A DNA stretch of 64,000 bases from a virus (lineage: Duplodnaviria; Caudoviricetes): IMG/VR virus record IMGVR_UViG_3300021387_000661, positions 1 through 64,000 of that record. The stretch is one strand, 5' to 3'. This document shows, in pieces, positions 38,199-48,220 of this stretch (the stretch's first letter is position 1; each line of letters opens with the position of its first letter). The notes beneath the pieces are model-generated. The model was not told the DNA's origin. It ran no database searches and saw nothing but the letters and a program-made list of their open reading frames with translations. A program made the position numbers and the translations under genes.

Positions 38199-38243
38199 TT
38201 TGTTATTTTTAAAGTATAGTTTTTAATTATTAATATAAAAAAT

Positions 38244-39068
38244 ATGGCAGAAGAAAAAAAAGTTATTACTGATGAGCAGGTAAATGCCACAGTTGAAAGG
38301 GTAAAGGAACTTAATGAGGCCCGTGCTGAACTTGTTTCATTGAAGGAAGAACTTGCTGGTCACCAGAAAGATTTGGCAAATGCTGAAACTATTTTTGGTG
38401 TCAAGTCAAATGAGTATGAACTTCAGAGGGGACATGTTGATAATACCACTTCTAGAATTGAGGAGGTAGAAAAGAAGGTTGCAGAACTTTCTTTCAAGAA
38501 GTCAGAACTCAAGCCAGTTCTTGATGAGTTGGCAAAGAGGTTTGAGGATGCATATAAGAATGATACTTCAAAGGAGTATCATATTGAGGTTGGTCCAAGA
38601 CCGGAAAAGGAAGATGAACCTGTTGATGGTTCAAAGGGTAAGAAGGTATTCAAGCAGCTTCTTGAGTATCTTAATCATAATGTAAACTTTACAGCAAAGA
38701 GTGCCGTAAACCTTTTGGTTCTTGTCCGTAATATGGAAGAGAACAAAGCCTGGGTTAATTCCAAGGAGTTTGACAATGTCATCATTCTCCGTTCTGCAAG
38801 TGTTCTCAGTTTGTGGAGATGTATTATGGAAGATTTTTCCGGAAAGGGATTTTTTGAGGCTAGGACATTCCTTGAGTGTTGGGCAAATTGTGGTCAGTCT
38901 ATTTCTGATGCTGTTCGTAAAATCCAGAAGGATAATGCTGCAACTCGTGAAATAGGTACTCAACTTAACACAGTTGAAGAAGAGTTTGACCGTAGTGAGG
39001 ATGATCTTCCAAAGGAAGAGCAGCAGATTACCACCCAGGAGGAAGTTGCACCAGAAGTTTCAGAGTAA
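38244..39068 (+). CDS. coiled-coil hypothetical protein
   Basis: own promoter motif A (38199) and terminator (39080). Confidence 0.7.
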   Translation: MAEEKKVITDEQVNATVERVKELNEARAELVSLKEELAGHQKDLANAETIFGVKSNEYELQRGHVDNTTSRIEEVEKKVAELSFKKSELKPVLDELAKRFEDAYKNDTSKEYHIEVGPRPEKEDEPVDGSKGKKVFKQLLEYLNHNVNFTAKSAVNLLVLVRNMEENKAWVNSKEFDNVIILRSASVLSLWRCIMEDFSGKGFFEARTFLECWANCGQSISDAVRKIQKDNAATREIGTQLNTVEEEFDRSEDDLPKEEQQITTQEEVAPEVSE

Positions 39069-39079
39069 TAAATTGAACT

Positions 39080-39114
39080 GGTTTCCTGGATATTAAATAT
39101 TCAGGAAACCTTTT
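39080..39114 (+). terminator. intrinsic terminator
   Basis: GGTTTCCTG/CAGGAAACC plus TTTT. Confidence 0.75.
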
Positions 39115-39170
39115 ACATAAATACTTTGTATGTTTAACCGTTCCATTCAGGAACATTAATGAAATAATAA

Positions 39171-40340
39171 ATGGGTATTTTAACTCAAAGAGTAGAAATT
39201 TATTCTGATTCAGATCCACTGAATTCTTATTTTGTAGACATTCCTGTACATAAAGGTGAGAAAATTATGTGTCATGAACCATATGTTCTTGATGCATTGA
39301 AGATGTATGCACAGTCTTGTTCTGATGAAGTGATGGATGAAATTGCCCAGTATGAAAGATTGGGTAAATTCAAGGATGTTAGGGAGGGATGTATATCTCA
39401 TTATGATGAAAAGAAATCATCTGTTGATATTTCCCTCTCACAGAAACATTCGGTTGCTGTAACTGTCAACCGTAATGAGAAGGTCAATGTTGGAGATAAG
39501 ATTGATGTTGTTGTCACCAAGGCAAGAGGACATCTTTTTGCTGATGCTTCTTCAAAGACTGCACAGGTTGAGAGGTTGAGACAGGAACTCATCAAGGAAA
39601 TCCAGACACCTACATCTGCATATATTGGACATGTCAAGGAGATTGTCTATAATGGTGCAAATGTATTTAATGGTTTTATTGTCGACATCAAGGGTGTGAA
39701 GTGCTTTATGCCTGGTACAGAGTCTGATGTTGTTCCTCTTAATGACTTCAATGAACTCCTTGGTCAGGATCTCTATGTGATGCCTGTAAACCAGATTAAG
39801 GACAGCATCATTGTTTCCCATAAGGAATTCCTCAACACAAAGAAACCAAGTGTTCTTGATAGACTTGAGAATCTTGAAAAGGGTACAGTCATTACTGGTG
39901 TTGTTTCTTCTATCAAGCATTTTGGTGCATTCATTCTTATTGATGAGTGTGTTGCAACATTGCTTTCTGTATCTGAAATGAATGAGGTGACAGAGGCAAA
40001 GTTTAAGTCAGGTCAGTTGAAGGTGGGTGATTCTATTGACTTCTACATTGACAGTATCAGTGATGAGAAGGTTAGTGTTACCCAGACTGTAAGTAAGACT
40101 GAAGGTTGGGATAAACTGAAAGAGACAATTGATAAGACACCTGATTATAAGTTGAAGGGTGTAGTAAAGAACATCTTTGACAATGGTGTTGTCATCCTTT
40201 CAGAAGAATTCAATGGTATCACATTCTTCTTGTCATCAAAAGTTGTTGAACTTGACAAACTGACTGTTGGCCAGGAAGTGGAACTTCCAGTGGAGAATGT
40301 TGATGTAGTCAAGAAGACCGTAAGGTTGAAGATTGCTTAA
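39171..40340 (+). CDS. ribosomal protein bS1-like multi-S1-domain RNA-binding protein
   Basis: about four S1/OB repeats: GFIVDIKGVKCFMPG...IIVSHK; GVVSSIKHFGAFILID...LLSVSEM; GVVKNIFDNGVVI. Confidence 0.75.
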   Translation: MGILTQRVEIYSDSDPLNSYFVDIPVHKGEKIMCHEPYVLDALKMYAQSCSDEVMDEIAQYERLGKFKDVREGCISHYDEKKSSVDISLSQKHSVAVTVNRNEKVNVGDKIDVVVTKARGHLFADASSKTAQVERLRQELIKEIQTPTSAYIGHVKEIVYNGANVFNGFIVDIKGVKCFMPGTESDVVPLNDFNELLGQDLYVMPVNQIKDSIIVSHKEFLNTKKPSVLDRLENLEKGTVITGVVSSIKHFGAFILIDECVATLLSVSEMNEVTEAKFKSGQLKVGDSIDFYIDSISDEKVSVTQTVSKTEGWDKLKETIDKTPDYKLKGVVKNIFDNGVVILSEEFNGITFFLSSKVVELDKLTVGQEVELPVENVDVVKKTVRLKIA

Positions 40341-40360
40341 ACACTGATTCACAAAATTTT

Positions 40361-40394
40361 AAGTGGTTATTCCTAATGGAATGACCACTTTTTT
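40361..40394 (+). terminator. intrinsic terminator after the S1-like gene
   Basis: AAGTGGTTATTCC/GGAATGACCACTT plus T tract. Confidence 0.8.
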
Positions 40395-40425
40395 CATAAA
40401 TACATATATATAATATGATTATTGT

Positions 40426-41004
40426 ATGGCTTTTTTAAGCGGTAAAAATAATAACTTTAAGTTTGAATTCCCAAAGTATTTTGTACCAGATGAGATAGAC
40501 AAGAAGTATAGTCCATTATTGAACAGAATCCCAGGTAATATGTGTACTACAGTTGTGGACTTTATCAATTATAGTATTATGTCTGTTGAGATTGAAGTGA
40601 ATCCAGGAGAATATGATCCTATTGAACAGAGAGACAGGGGAACACCATTTAGAAGATTGTCAAGGTCTGGTTTCTACCCAGATTATTTGTTTGCAAAGAA
40701 TATCACAATTACCTTCCAGTTGGATTCTGCATATTTAATTTGGAGTATTATGGTTGATTTGTTCTATTATTATTATTGTTGGGATAAAAAGGATGATGAA
40801 AAATATATACCACAGTTACCTGGAATGGAAATATTGGACAGTTATAATAAGGTTTTGTATAGGATTAGTTTCTTCAATTTGTTATATACAGGTATCAGTG
40901 GTCTTGAATTTAATTTCTCATCAAATGGTATTGAGCAGAAAACAATAACCACCAACTGGGTTGCCAATGAAATATTGATGGATTTTGAACCATCACATGT
41001 GTAA
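40426..41004 (+). CDS. putative tail-tube-fold protein
   Basis: ITITFQLD...EILDSY...ISF...TGISGLEF pattern; after a late promoter. Confidence 0.4.
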   Translation: MAFLSGKNNNFKFEFPKYFVPDEIDKKYSPLLNRIPGNMCTTVVDFINYSIMSVEIEVNPGEYDPIEQRDRGTPFRRLSRSGFYPDYLFAKNITITFQLDSAYLIWSIMVDLFYYYYCWDKKDDEKYIPQLPGMEILDSYNKVLYRISFFNLLYTGISGLEFNFSSNGIEQKTITTNWVANEILMDFEPSHV

Positions 41005-41039
41005 AATAAAAGAGAGAGTGTTTAACTCTCTCTTCTTTT

Positions 41040-41984
41040 TTATTCTTTTTCTGTATTATCAGAATCTGAATCATCTGATTTTTCACCAAATTTGTCAAAG
41101 TGATAAGATTCTTTGATAGAAGGATAATCCTCATATACAAACTCATCAAATGACTTGACTGCACTTTCTGTAAATGCTGTGAGTTTGTAGTTTGTTGAAT
41201 CAATAAGAGCAAGGAACTCATCAATGGTAGAATTTATTTCAGAGTGGTCTCCAAGGACACACTTATTATTTTCCACAAATGCCTTGAGTTCAGTAAGGTA
41301 TTCACCCTCTGTCTTGCCATCCCCTACAATGCAGTTTACAAATGGGTCTTCAATCACACCACAGATACCTTGGTACTGTTCAATAATGTCATCTACAATA
41401 TCAAGCGCTTTTTCATAGAATTCATTAAGAGTAACATGGATGTGATGCTTTCTTGTCTTTAGGTGGAATCTCCAAACAATAGTAACACATTCCTGGATTG
41501 TACCAAAGAAATTGGCAACAGTAACAACACTATCACAAGGTTTCATACCACTATTATCACAAGAGGTACAACAACCATCTGTAGGATTCTCATCACCACA
41601 TTCAGGTGTAACATCTGAAACAACAGGTGCTGGGTCTTCTGGGATGATAGGATCAACCACATCAGTTGGAGTACAAGTAACCTCACTACCAGGTTCTTCA
41701 ACAGGTGCATCAACAGGTATATCTTGTATTGGTGGAACAGTGTCTGCCAATGGTGCAGGTTCTTCAACAGGTGCTGGAATCACATCATCAGTTGGCGCAA
41801 GTGTCTGGTCTTCTGTTGATACAACTGGTTCATCAATAGTAGGTATCAATGTATCATCAATATCTGAATCTTCTGTTGATATGTTGTTATCTATAACATT
41901 TTCATCTTCATTCTGAAGGTTATCCTCATTGATGACTGTGGAGTTTTCTACAGTCTGTTCAATTACTTTTTCTTCTTTTTTCAT
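41040..41984 (-). CDS. ferritin/Dps-like (DUF5856-type) domain with a long acidic Pro/Val-rich N-terminal extension
   Basis: FHLKT...H..LNEFYE....VDDIIEQYQG. Confidence 0.65.
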   Translation of the reverse strand: MKKEEKVIEQTVENSTVINEDNLQNEDENVIDNNISTEDSDIDDTLIPTIDEPVVSTEDQTLAPTDDVIPAPVEEPAPLADTVPPIQDIPVDAPVEEPGSEVTCTPTDVVDPIIPEDPAPVVSDVTPECGDENPTDGCCTSCDNSGMKPCDSVVTVANFFGTIQECVTIVWRFHLKTRKHHIHVTLNEFYEKALDIVDDIIEQYQGICGVIEDPFVNCIVGDGKTEGEYLTELKAFVENNKCVLGDHSEINSTIDEFLALIDSTNYKLTAFTESAVKSFDEFVYEDYPSIKESYHFDKFGEKSDDSDSDNTEKE

Positions 41985-42015
41985 AATTAATTGTTTTATA
42001 AGTTTATATAACTAT

Positions 42016-42270
42016 TTATGAGTTAGTTCGAGTAATAGTAAAAGTTGGAGTATTGAGAACATAATGATTATCACCTTGATCAGCATTTATAATTGAAACT
42101 GTAATATTATCTTTATTTACATCATGCCAACCCTCTAACTCTATCTCTTTAAAAGTACCACTATTTAGATCAGTAATGGTTATAGGATTACAATCTGGAT
42201 GATTTAATTCAAGTGATAACTTTTGATTGTTAGCATTAGTTTGTTTGATTTTAATTTTATAAGTAGCCAT
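42016..42270 (-). CDS. small beta-rich hypothetical protein
   Basis: last gene of the baseplate operon. Confidence 0.55.
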   Translation of the reverse strand: MATYKIKIKQTNANNQKLSLELNHPDCNPITITDLNSGTFKEIELEGWHDVNKDNITVSIINADQGDNHYVLNTPTFTITRTNS

Positions 42271-42283
42271 ATTTTATTTATAT

Positions 42284-43195
42284 TTAATATACTATATTTA
42301 TGTCATTAAGTCCAAGTGCCTTTAGTAATAAGAAACCTAGATATTGTGTACCTGATAGACTACTCATTATATACACACTATCTACAGAATTTTCAGAGTT
42401 AAACATATATATTTCCATACTTCCATCATCAATACCTCTTGAAAATCCAGCAACATTACATATGTTTTGATAATATGTATATTCTTCTGAATTATTGTAG
42501 CGACTAAATCCCATTCCACAATAATCATCACCATGATATACTCTTACATTATCAGGTTGTTCTGAAAGACCAAGAAAATGTCTGTATTCATGTACATATG
42601 CACCTAAATTTTCATATTGATTACCCATATGTATGACACCCTTAAAACTGGTATCTGCCCCGGAACCAATACTATTTCCACCATATTGTATTGATGTTTT
42701 GAATTTTCCATCTGTATTGGTCATAGGTGATTTACTTCTGGTATTAGTGACTGTATAATCATAACCAACTGCTCTCATACAATCAATGAATGAACTTACT
42801 TTATTTCTAAATACTGTTTCATCTGGACAACCTGAAGTACTTGTGATATCCAAAGTGAATTGATTTTGTTCACTTATCAATGAACAGGTAGTAAATGTTT
42901 TTACAGGAGTTTCAAGATTCTCTATACTCTCATCTCCTTCTGTAACTTGAAGTTTTATTTTATATTTTGTGTTAGGTTGTAATCCATCCAAGTCATAAAA
43001 TAATGGACCATAACCATAAAGATTTCCAGTGATATTGTGTCCTTCCTCACAATACATTTCTTCAGTATATGTATATGTTGAAGCAGAAGAGATTTTATAA
43101 CCCAATCTCCACTTTGTTAAAGTATCATTGACATATGCATTTATCTTTATTCTGATAACAGCACATGTTGCTCCAGGTATAATTGAAATGTCCAT
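42284..43195 (-). CDS. FN3-like domain plus zincin-type metallopeptidase motif
   Basis: LDGLQPNTKYKIKL (FN3); YVHEYRHFLGL (HExxH). Confidence 0.55.
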   Translation of the reverse strand: MDISIIPGATCAVIRIKINAYVNDTLTKWRLGYKISSASTYTYTEEMYCEEGHNITGNLYGYGPLFYDLDGLQPNTKYKIKLQVTEGDESIENLETPVKTFTTCSLISEQNQFTLDITSTSGCPDETVFRNKVSSFIDCMRAVGYDYTVTNTRSKSPMTNTDGKFKTSIQYGGNSIGSGADTSFKGVIHMGNQYENLGAYVHEYRHFLGLSEQPDNVRVYHGDDYCGMGFSRYNNSEEYTYYQNICNVAGFSRGIDDGSMEIYMFNSENSVDSVYIMSSLSGTQYLGFLLLKALGLNDINIVY

Positions 43196-43202
43196 TACCG
43201 AA

Positions 43203-46200
43203 TTAATTTATTGTTATCTTAAATGTTTGTGATGATGAATTGTAGTAAAGTATTCTATTATTACCCCATTGACCTTCTTGACCAGTTATGATTTCATCAT
43301 TTGCTGTTTTAACAGTAATTTGGTTTTGTATATCAGTGGATAAAAATACTAAATAACTTTTTCCAGTTAATGTGTATTCTGTACCAGATGGTTTAGATAA
43401 ATCTATTATGGATAATAGAGTTGGATTTCTCTTATCATAGTAATATGAATAATTAGTATCTATACCACTTAGTGTTTTATTAGGACTCATTAGAGCAAAT
43501 CTTAAGCTGGATGATTCTTGTAATATTGAACACATAAATTCTCTTTCATAAGAGTCAATATAACTTGTTAGATTATCATCACCATCATATGCTGATGATA
43601 ATCTAACAACACCAAACTTTAATCTATTTGTTGTGTTTTTTGCTATTGAATAACTTAATGTTGATTCCAATCTTCCAATTGTTAAACTTATATCATTTGG
43701 TATCATTGTATTGGTATCAAAAGTGTAGTTGTTACCATTTGCATAATTCTTGTGACAAGTATATGTTCTTTGTACAGCTGGATAATCATGGTATATATCA
43801 TAATAATAAACTCTGTTTCCACTTATGGATACTGCTCCATCTGCAAGTCCACATAAAGTAAATGATGTATTAATTGATTCATTTTTATATGGAATGAGTT
43901 GGACACAAGCAAATGAGTAATTAGAAACAGTTCTTACTCTACTGGTATGTTGTACTCCAGTTCTTCCATATACATCAAAAGTAACATTATTATTTGCATT
44001 TGAACTACTTATTGTAAATGTACCATGTGCAACAGAAAGTTTGCCAGTAGTATATCCATCTTTATTGCATAGAATAATAGAATATTGATAATCATCATTA
44101 TTATCATATATATCAATTTGTTTATCTGCTATTTTTGAAAAATTGTAGTTATATGTATTTTGATGGTTAGATATATTAACAGTATAATCTATTTGTTTAT
44201 TTGCAGAATTTTTAATAATAATTGGGAAACCACCAGACTCTGATTGTAAATCTGGATAACTATATGTTTCTTTTATTACAAGAGGTTCAGCAGATATTTC
44301 AACATTTTCATCTTCATATGTTATGTCACCTTCAACATCAACAGGAACTTCATCTGGGGTGAGGTTTATATCACCTATAACATCAACAGTTACTTCATCT
44401 GGAGTGAGGGTTATGTCACCTTCAACATCAACAGTTACTTCATCTGGGGTGAAAGTTATATCACCTATAACATCAACTGGTACTTTATCTGTGACAAGGG
44501 TTATGTTACCTATAACATCAACAGGTACTTCATCTGGGGTGAGAGTTATAGTACCTTCAATATCAACAGGCACTTCAATTCTTTCATCCAGTTCAAGAGA
44601 TATTGTTGCAGTTGGATTGTTGAAGGAAAGAGGAACTATTTGATTCTTATATCCATTTTTAGATATAACTGCCCAAACATAATCTTCACCTGTGAATAAG
44701 GGGTCGGTTGATATTGACCCCCCAATAAGTTGAGTACAATTTTCATCTTTATACCAGGAAATATAGGCAATAATACTGGAATCTGTCAAATTTATCCTAT
44801 AGGTGTGTTGAATTATTGTAACATTAACTTCAGTATGTTCAGGAGTTAGATGAGCATATTCTGGTTCTACTCTACATCCTGTACAATCTATTTTTATCCA
44901 TACATTTTCAAGAGGTGTTGTTATTGTTGTTGCTCCACCTGTACCTTCTATAGGTTGAGACATATTTTCATCCTTAAACCAACCAATACTACACATACCA
45001 GCATAATAAGATATATCAGATATGTTCACTTTATATGTATATGTAGGTACATCATCTTCATATGTTATATTACCTTCAACATTAACAGGTACATCATCTG
45101 GAGTAAGGGTTATGTTACCTACAACATCAACAGGTGTTTCATCCAGGGTGAGGGTTATATCACCCATAACATCAACAGGTGTTTCATCTGGGGCGATGGT
45201 TATATTACCTATAACATTAACAGGTACTTTATCTGTGATGAGGGTTATGTCGCCTACAACATCAACAGGTATTTCATCTGGAGTAAGAGAAATGGTTCCT
45301 ATAATGTCAACATAAACATCTGTATTAGGTTTGGGTTTTCTTTCTATTGGGGATTGAGTCCTTAATTCATTAAGATATTGTGTTTCATTCAATAATTCTT
45401 GTTCACTAATGAAATCATAGTCTTTTTTGAATGATTGATAAAGTTTATAATTTGCAGATTTGCTGACCACTATGATATTTCGTGAAATACTGTATTTGTT
45501 GCCTAATTTATCATCAAGTTCCAGTGTGACCGTATATTCACCTTCTTTTTTCAACAAGAGGGTGAGATATCTTTTTCCAACAAATTCTAATGTATTACTT
45601 TCTTTGGGTAAGCTATTGTTTTTAATAGTCCATTTAGGATTTATTTTACTTGAAATTTTACTGTATTCATATCCAAGCAGAAACCAGGTGTAAGGTTTTA
45701 CATCTACACCATTTTTAATATATCTTGTGTATTTTACAAAAGGTTTTAATTCTGCTGATTCATATGATATATTATCTGCAAGATACCATTCATTTTCAAT
45801 ATTATTCACATAATATGGTCCAGGATGTATCAATTTACCATCAGAACTATAATAAGGCATGGAGGCATCATCTTCTATGTTTTTTGTTGTTCTTTCTCCT
45901 GTTGCCCAACTGTGCATACTGGTTATATTTTTCTGGATGAAATCATACATACCTTCATCCATTTCAGAACTTATCTTTTCAGGAATTTTTCTGGTATCAT
46001 AATAAAAACCAATCAGATTTATCTCATATGGTTCTACTTTCAAGAATTTAGTAAATGTCTTTGATTGAATAATTTTTTCATTTTCATCCTCCAGGTCTAC
46101 AGTTACATCATAGTATCCTATAAATGGGACCTGAATAAAAAACTGGTTGTATTCAGAAATGCTTTTATGTTCTACCCAAAATCTGTCTTTTATGTCTTTA

Positions 46201-47933
46201 AACATTTGGTCACTTTCAAATAAACCATATGTTGAAGCATTTTCTAAATCATGGTATTCATATTTTTTTACTATACCTATTTTTCTTAAGTCATCATCAT
46301 ATTGGTTTTCATCTTTTGACATTGTGACCTTCCAGGAAATTTTGGTAGGTGCATTATCATTGTTGTAGTCCCATTTGTTGTTTTCCATCATAATACGGTC
46401 AAATGTTTTATTGATTAAAACAAATTTACCACCGAATCTGATATATGGGTTTTTTGTATAGTCATACTCATTACTTTCATATGGATAATCATCATTATAA
46501 TTCAATTTATTATCCTCATAGTATTCTTTAAAAACTTTATAATATTCACAAATATCATTATTTTTGTTTTTTATTGTGGTATTTAATATATCCAATAATA
46601 CTGTATTTGTGCTGTCATCTGAAATTTCAGATAAATATGTGTCAGATATATCTGACAACACCTGATTCCTGAATTCTGATGAATTTTCATATATTTCAGG
46701 ATATAAATATTTAGCAAAGAATGTGTTGTCAGTTATGTGTGTATATTGACTTGGTGCAACATCAATACATATAGGTAATGTATTGGTATTTGATGTTTGA
46801 CCTCCTGATATGTGGAGTGTAGATAGTTTATGAAGTCCAAAATAATTACCTTCACCGATAATATCAACAATCTTACTACTACCAGGCATAAACTCCTTGT
46901 CCAGTTTTTTCTTCAGTGCAAAGAGTTTCACAAGGACTTCTTCAAGGGTGTATGCGAATGCTTCCCTTACTTCAGGTAACCCCCAATCATTATTTTCCCC
47001 GGTTAGTTCATTGATGTTATATACAAGTGCCAAAGAATTGATTTTCTTATAATCCTTATTGGGTACAACAATGTTCCTGGCACCAATTCTTATGGTTTCC
47101 TTGTTCTTGAGACTGTATTTTGAACTATGATATATTTTTCCAAAGTTTATATCATCTGGATTGACATTTTTCCAATATTCAATGATGTTGAGATTTTCAT
47201 AACCAAAGAATTTGATGGCATTTATAATGGCTTTATATGAACCTATATATGGATATATGTTACTTCCTTCAAGAATCAACTCCTTTCTTTTTTCATTAAG
47301 GAGGATGTAATCAGGTTTGTATTCATGTATGTCACTCCTGTTAAATATTATTTCATCTTCAGGAGTTATGTTGTATCCAAGGTTGGAGTTCCATATGGTC
47401 AATCTTTCATCTTCCTCAACTGTTTCGGCATAGAATTTGATTTTTGCAAAGACAGAACCATTATAATACATAAAGAGAGTCCTGTTATATGTTGTTGCAT
47501 CATACTTCTCATTTGCTATAAATCCTATATGAACAGGAATAACTTCATTTTTCAATACTTTATCAAGAGGAATCTCATATGTATCAAATGTGTTTATAAG
47601 AAGGGTTTCACAATCCGGACCATCATTGGGTGTGTAAACAAGTGATGATTCTTCATTTGATTTATAATCCTCATCAAATGTAAACATAAAAAATTCATCC
47701 ACAAACTTATTGAGCAAATCCCATTTGAAGACTATCTTTTCATTATTGTTTTGCCCAATAGGTCTATAGAATAAATTATTTATCTTTTCAAGAATATATA
47801 TTGTGGTGTTTGCATAAAGGCCAACACTTACTTTAGGAAGATAGATATTACCTTCCCAATAACCAGAATCATTCAATTCAAAGTTAAGATTGTAACCATT
47901 GTAATCAAAAAACTGTAAATTCCGAATATTCAT
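43203..47933 (-). CDS. large baseplate wedge/fibre-like protein with internal 15-aa repeat arrays
   Basis: IGSYKAIINAIKFFGY wedge-like motif; PKD-like G.Y.VT.. segments; repeat arrays; follows the gp6-like gene. Confidence 0.6.
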   Translation of the reverse strand: MNIRNLQFFDYNGYNLNFELNDSGYWEGNIYLPKVSVGLYANTTIYILEKINNLFYRPIGQNNNEKIVFKWDLLNKFVDEFFMFTFDEDYKSNEESSLVYTPNDGPDCETLLINTFDTYEIPLDKVLKNEVIPVHIGFIANEKYDATTYNRTLFMYYNGSVFAKIKFYAETVEEDERLTIWNSNLGYNITPEDEIIFNRSDIHEYKPDYILLNEKRKELILEGSNIYPYIGSYKAIINAIKFFGYENLNIIEYWKNVNPDDINFGKIYHSSKYSLKNKETIRIGARNIVVPNKDYKKINSLALVYNINELTGENNDWGLPEVREAFAYTLEEVLVKLFALKKKLDKEFMPGSSKIVDIIGEGNYFGLHKLSTLHISGGQTSNTNTLPICIDVAPSQYTHITDNTFFAKYLYPEIYENSSEFRNQVLSDISDTYLSEISDDSTNTVLLDILNTTIKNKNNDICEYYKVFKEYYEDNKLNYNDDYPYESNEYDYTKNPYIRFGGKFVLINKTFDRIMMENNKWDYNNDNAPTKISWKVTMSKDENQYDDDLRKIGIVKKYEYHDLENASTYGLFESDQMFKDIKDRFWVEHKSISEYNQFFIQVPFIGYYDVTVDLEDENEKIIQSKTFTKFLKVEPYEINLIGFYYDTRKIPEKISSEMDEGMYDFIQKNITSMHSWATGERTTKNIEDDASMPYYSSDGKLIHPGPYYVNNIENEWYLADNISYESAELKPFVKYTRYIKNGVDVKPYTWFLLGYEYSKISSKINPKWTIKNNSLPKESNTLEFVGKRYLTLLLKKEGEYTVTLELDDKLGNKYSISRNIIVVSKSANYKLYQSFKKDYDFISEQELLNETQYLNELRTQSPIERKPKPNTDVYVDIIGTISLTPDEIPVDVVGDITLITDKVPVNVIGNITIAPDETPVDVMGDITLTLDETPVDVVGNITLTPDDVPVNVEGNITYEDDVPTYTYKVNISDISYYAGMCSIGWFKDENMSQPIEGTGGATTITTPLENVWIKIDCTGCRVEPEYAHLTPEHTEVNVTIIQHTYRINLTDSSIIAYISWYKDENCTQLIGGSISTDPLFTGEDYVWAVISKNGYKNQIVPLSFNNPTATISLELDERIEVPVDIEGTITLTPDEVPVDVIGNITLVTDKVPVDVIGDITFTPDEVTVDVEGDITLTPDEVTVDVIGDINLTPDEVPVDVEGDITYEDENVEISAEPLVIKETYSYPDLQSESGGFPIIIKNSANKQIDYTVNISNHQNTYNYNFSKIADKQIDIYDNNDDYQYSIILCNKDGYTTGKLSVAHGTFTISSSNANNNVTFDVYGRTGVQHTSRVRTVSNYSFACVQLIPYKNESINTSFTLCGLADGAVSISGNRVYYYDIYHDYPAVQRTYTCHKNYANGNNYTFDTNTMIPNDISLTIGRLESTLSYSIAKNTTNRLKFGVVRLSSAYDGDDNLTSYIDSYEREFMCSILQESSSLRFALMSPNKTLSGIDTNYSYYYDKRNPTLLSIIDLSKPSGTEYTLTGKSYLVFLSTDIQNQITVKTANDEIITGQEGQWGNNRILYYNSSSQTFKITIN
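44308..44573 (-). repeat. 6 x 45-bp coding tandem repeat (VPVDVxGDITLTPDE), array 2
   Basis: six units visible in DNA and protein. Confidence 0.9.
45052..45318 (-). repeat. 6 x 45-bp coding tandem repeat (xPVDVxGxITLTPDE), array 1
   Basis: six units visible in DNA and protein. Confidence 0.9.
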
Positions 47934-48217
47934 TAGTCAATCCTTTTATAGTCTTTTCTGACAGCATAATTGTTGAAGTTTCTTAAATACTTCACACTGT
48001 TGATGAGATGAGACATAAGTCTATTTAAGTATGGAAAAAATAGTCTTATGTTTGGATTCTTCTGAAGATACTTACTGGTGTTGTCCTCCATTAATGTTTC
48101 TTCATATTTATAACCCTCATTCTTTGTCTCCCATCTACTTTCATTAATTTTATCATAGATGGAATCAAAGCCTTTATATTTGATGATGTTTAAATCTGTA
48201 TTTTTAGATGTGTCCAT
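47933..48217 (-). CDS. small hypothetical baseplate-operon protein
   Basis: TAATG-coupled to the next gene. Confidence 0.6.
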   Translation of the reverse strand: MDTSKNTDLNIIKYKGFDSIYDKINESRWETKNEGYKYEETLMEDNTSKYLQKNPNIRLFFPYLNRLMSHLINSVKYLRNFNNYAVRKDYKRID

Positions 48218-48220
48218 TTG

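Noticed and set aside
44308-45318. CRISPR array
   Set aside because: The 45-bp units are contiguous, in-frame coding repeats with synonymous variation and no unique spacers.
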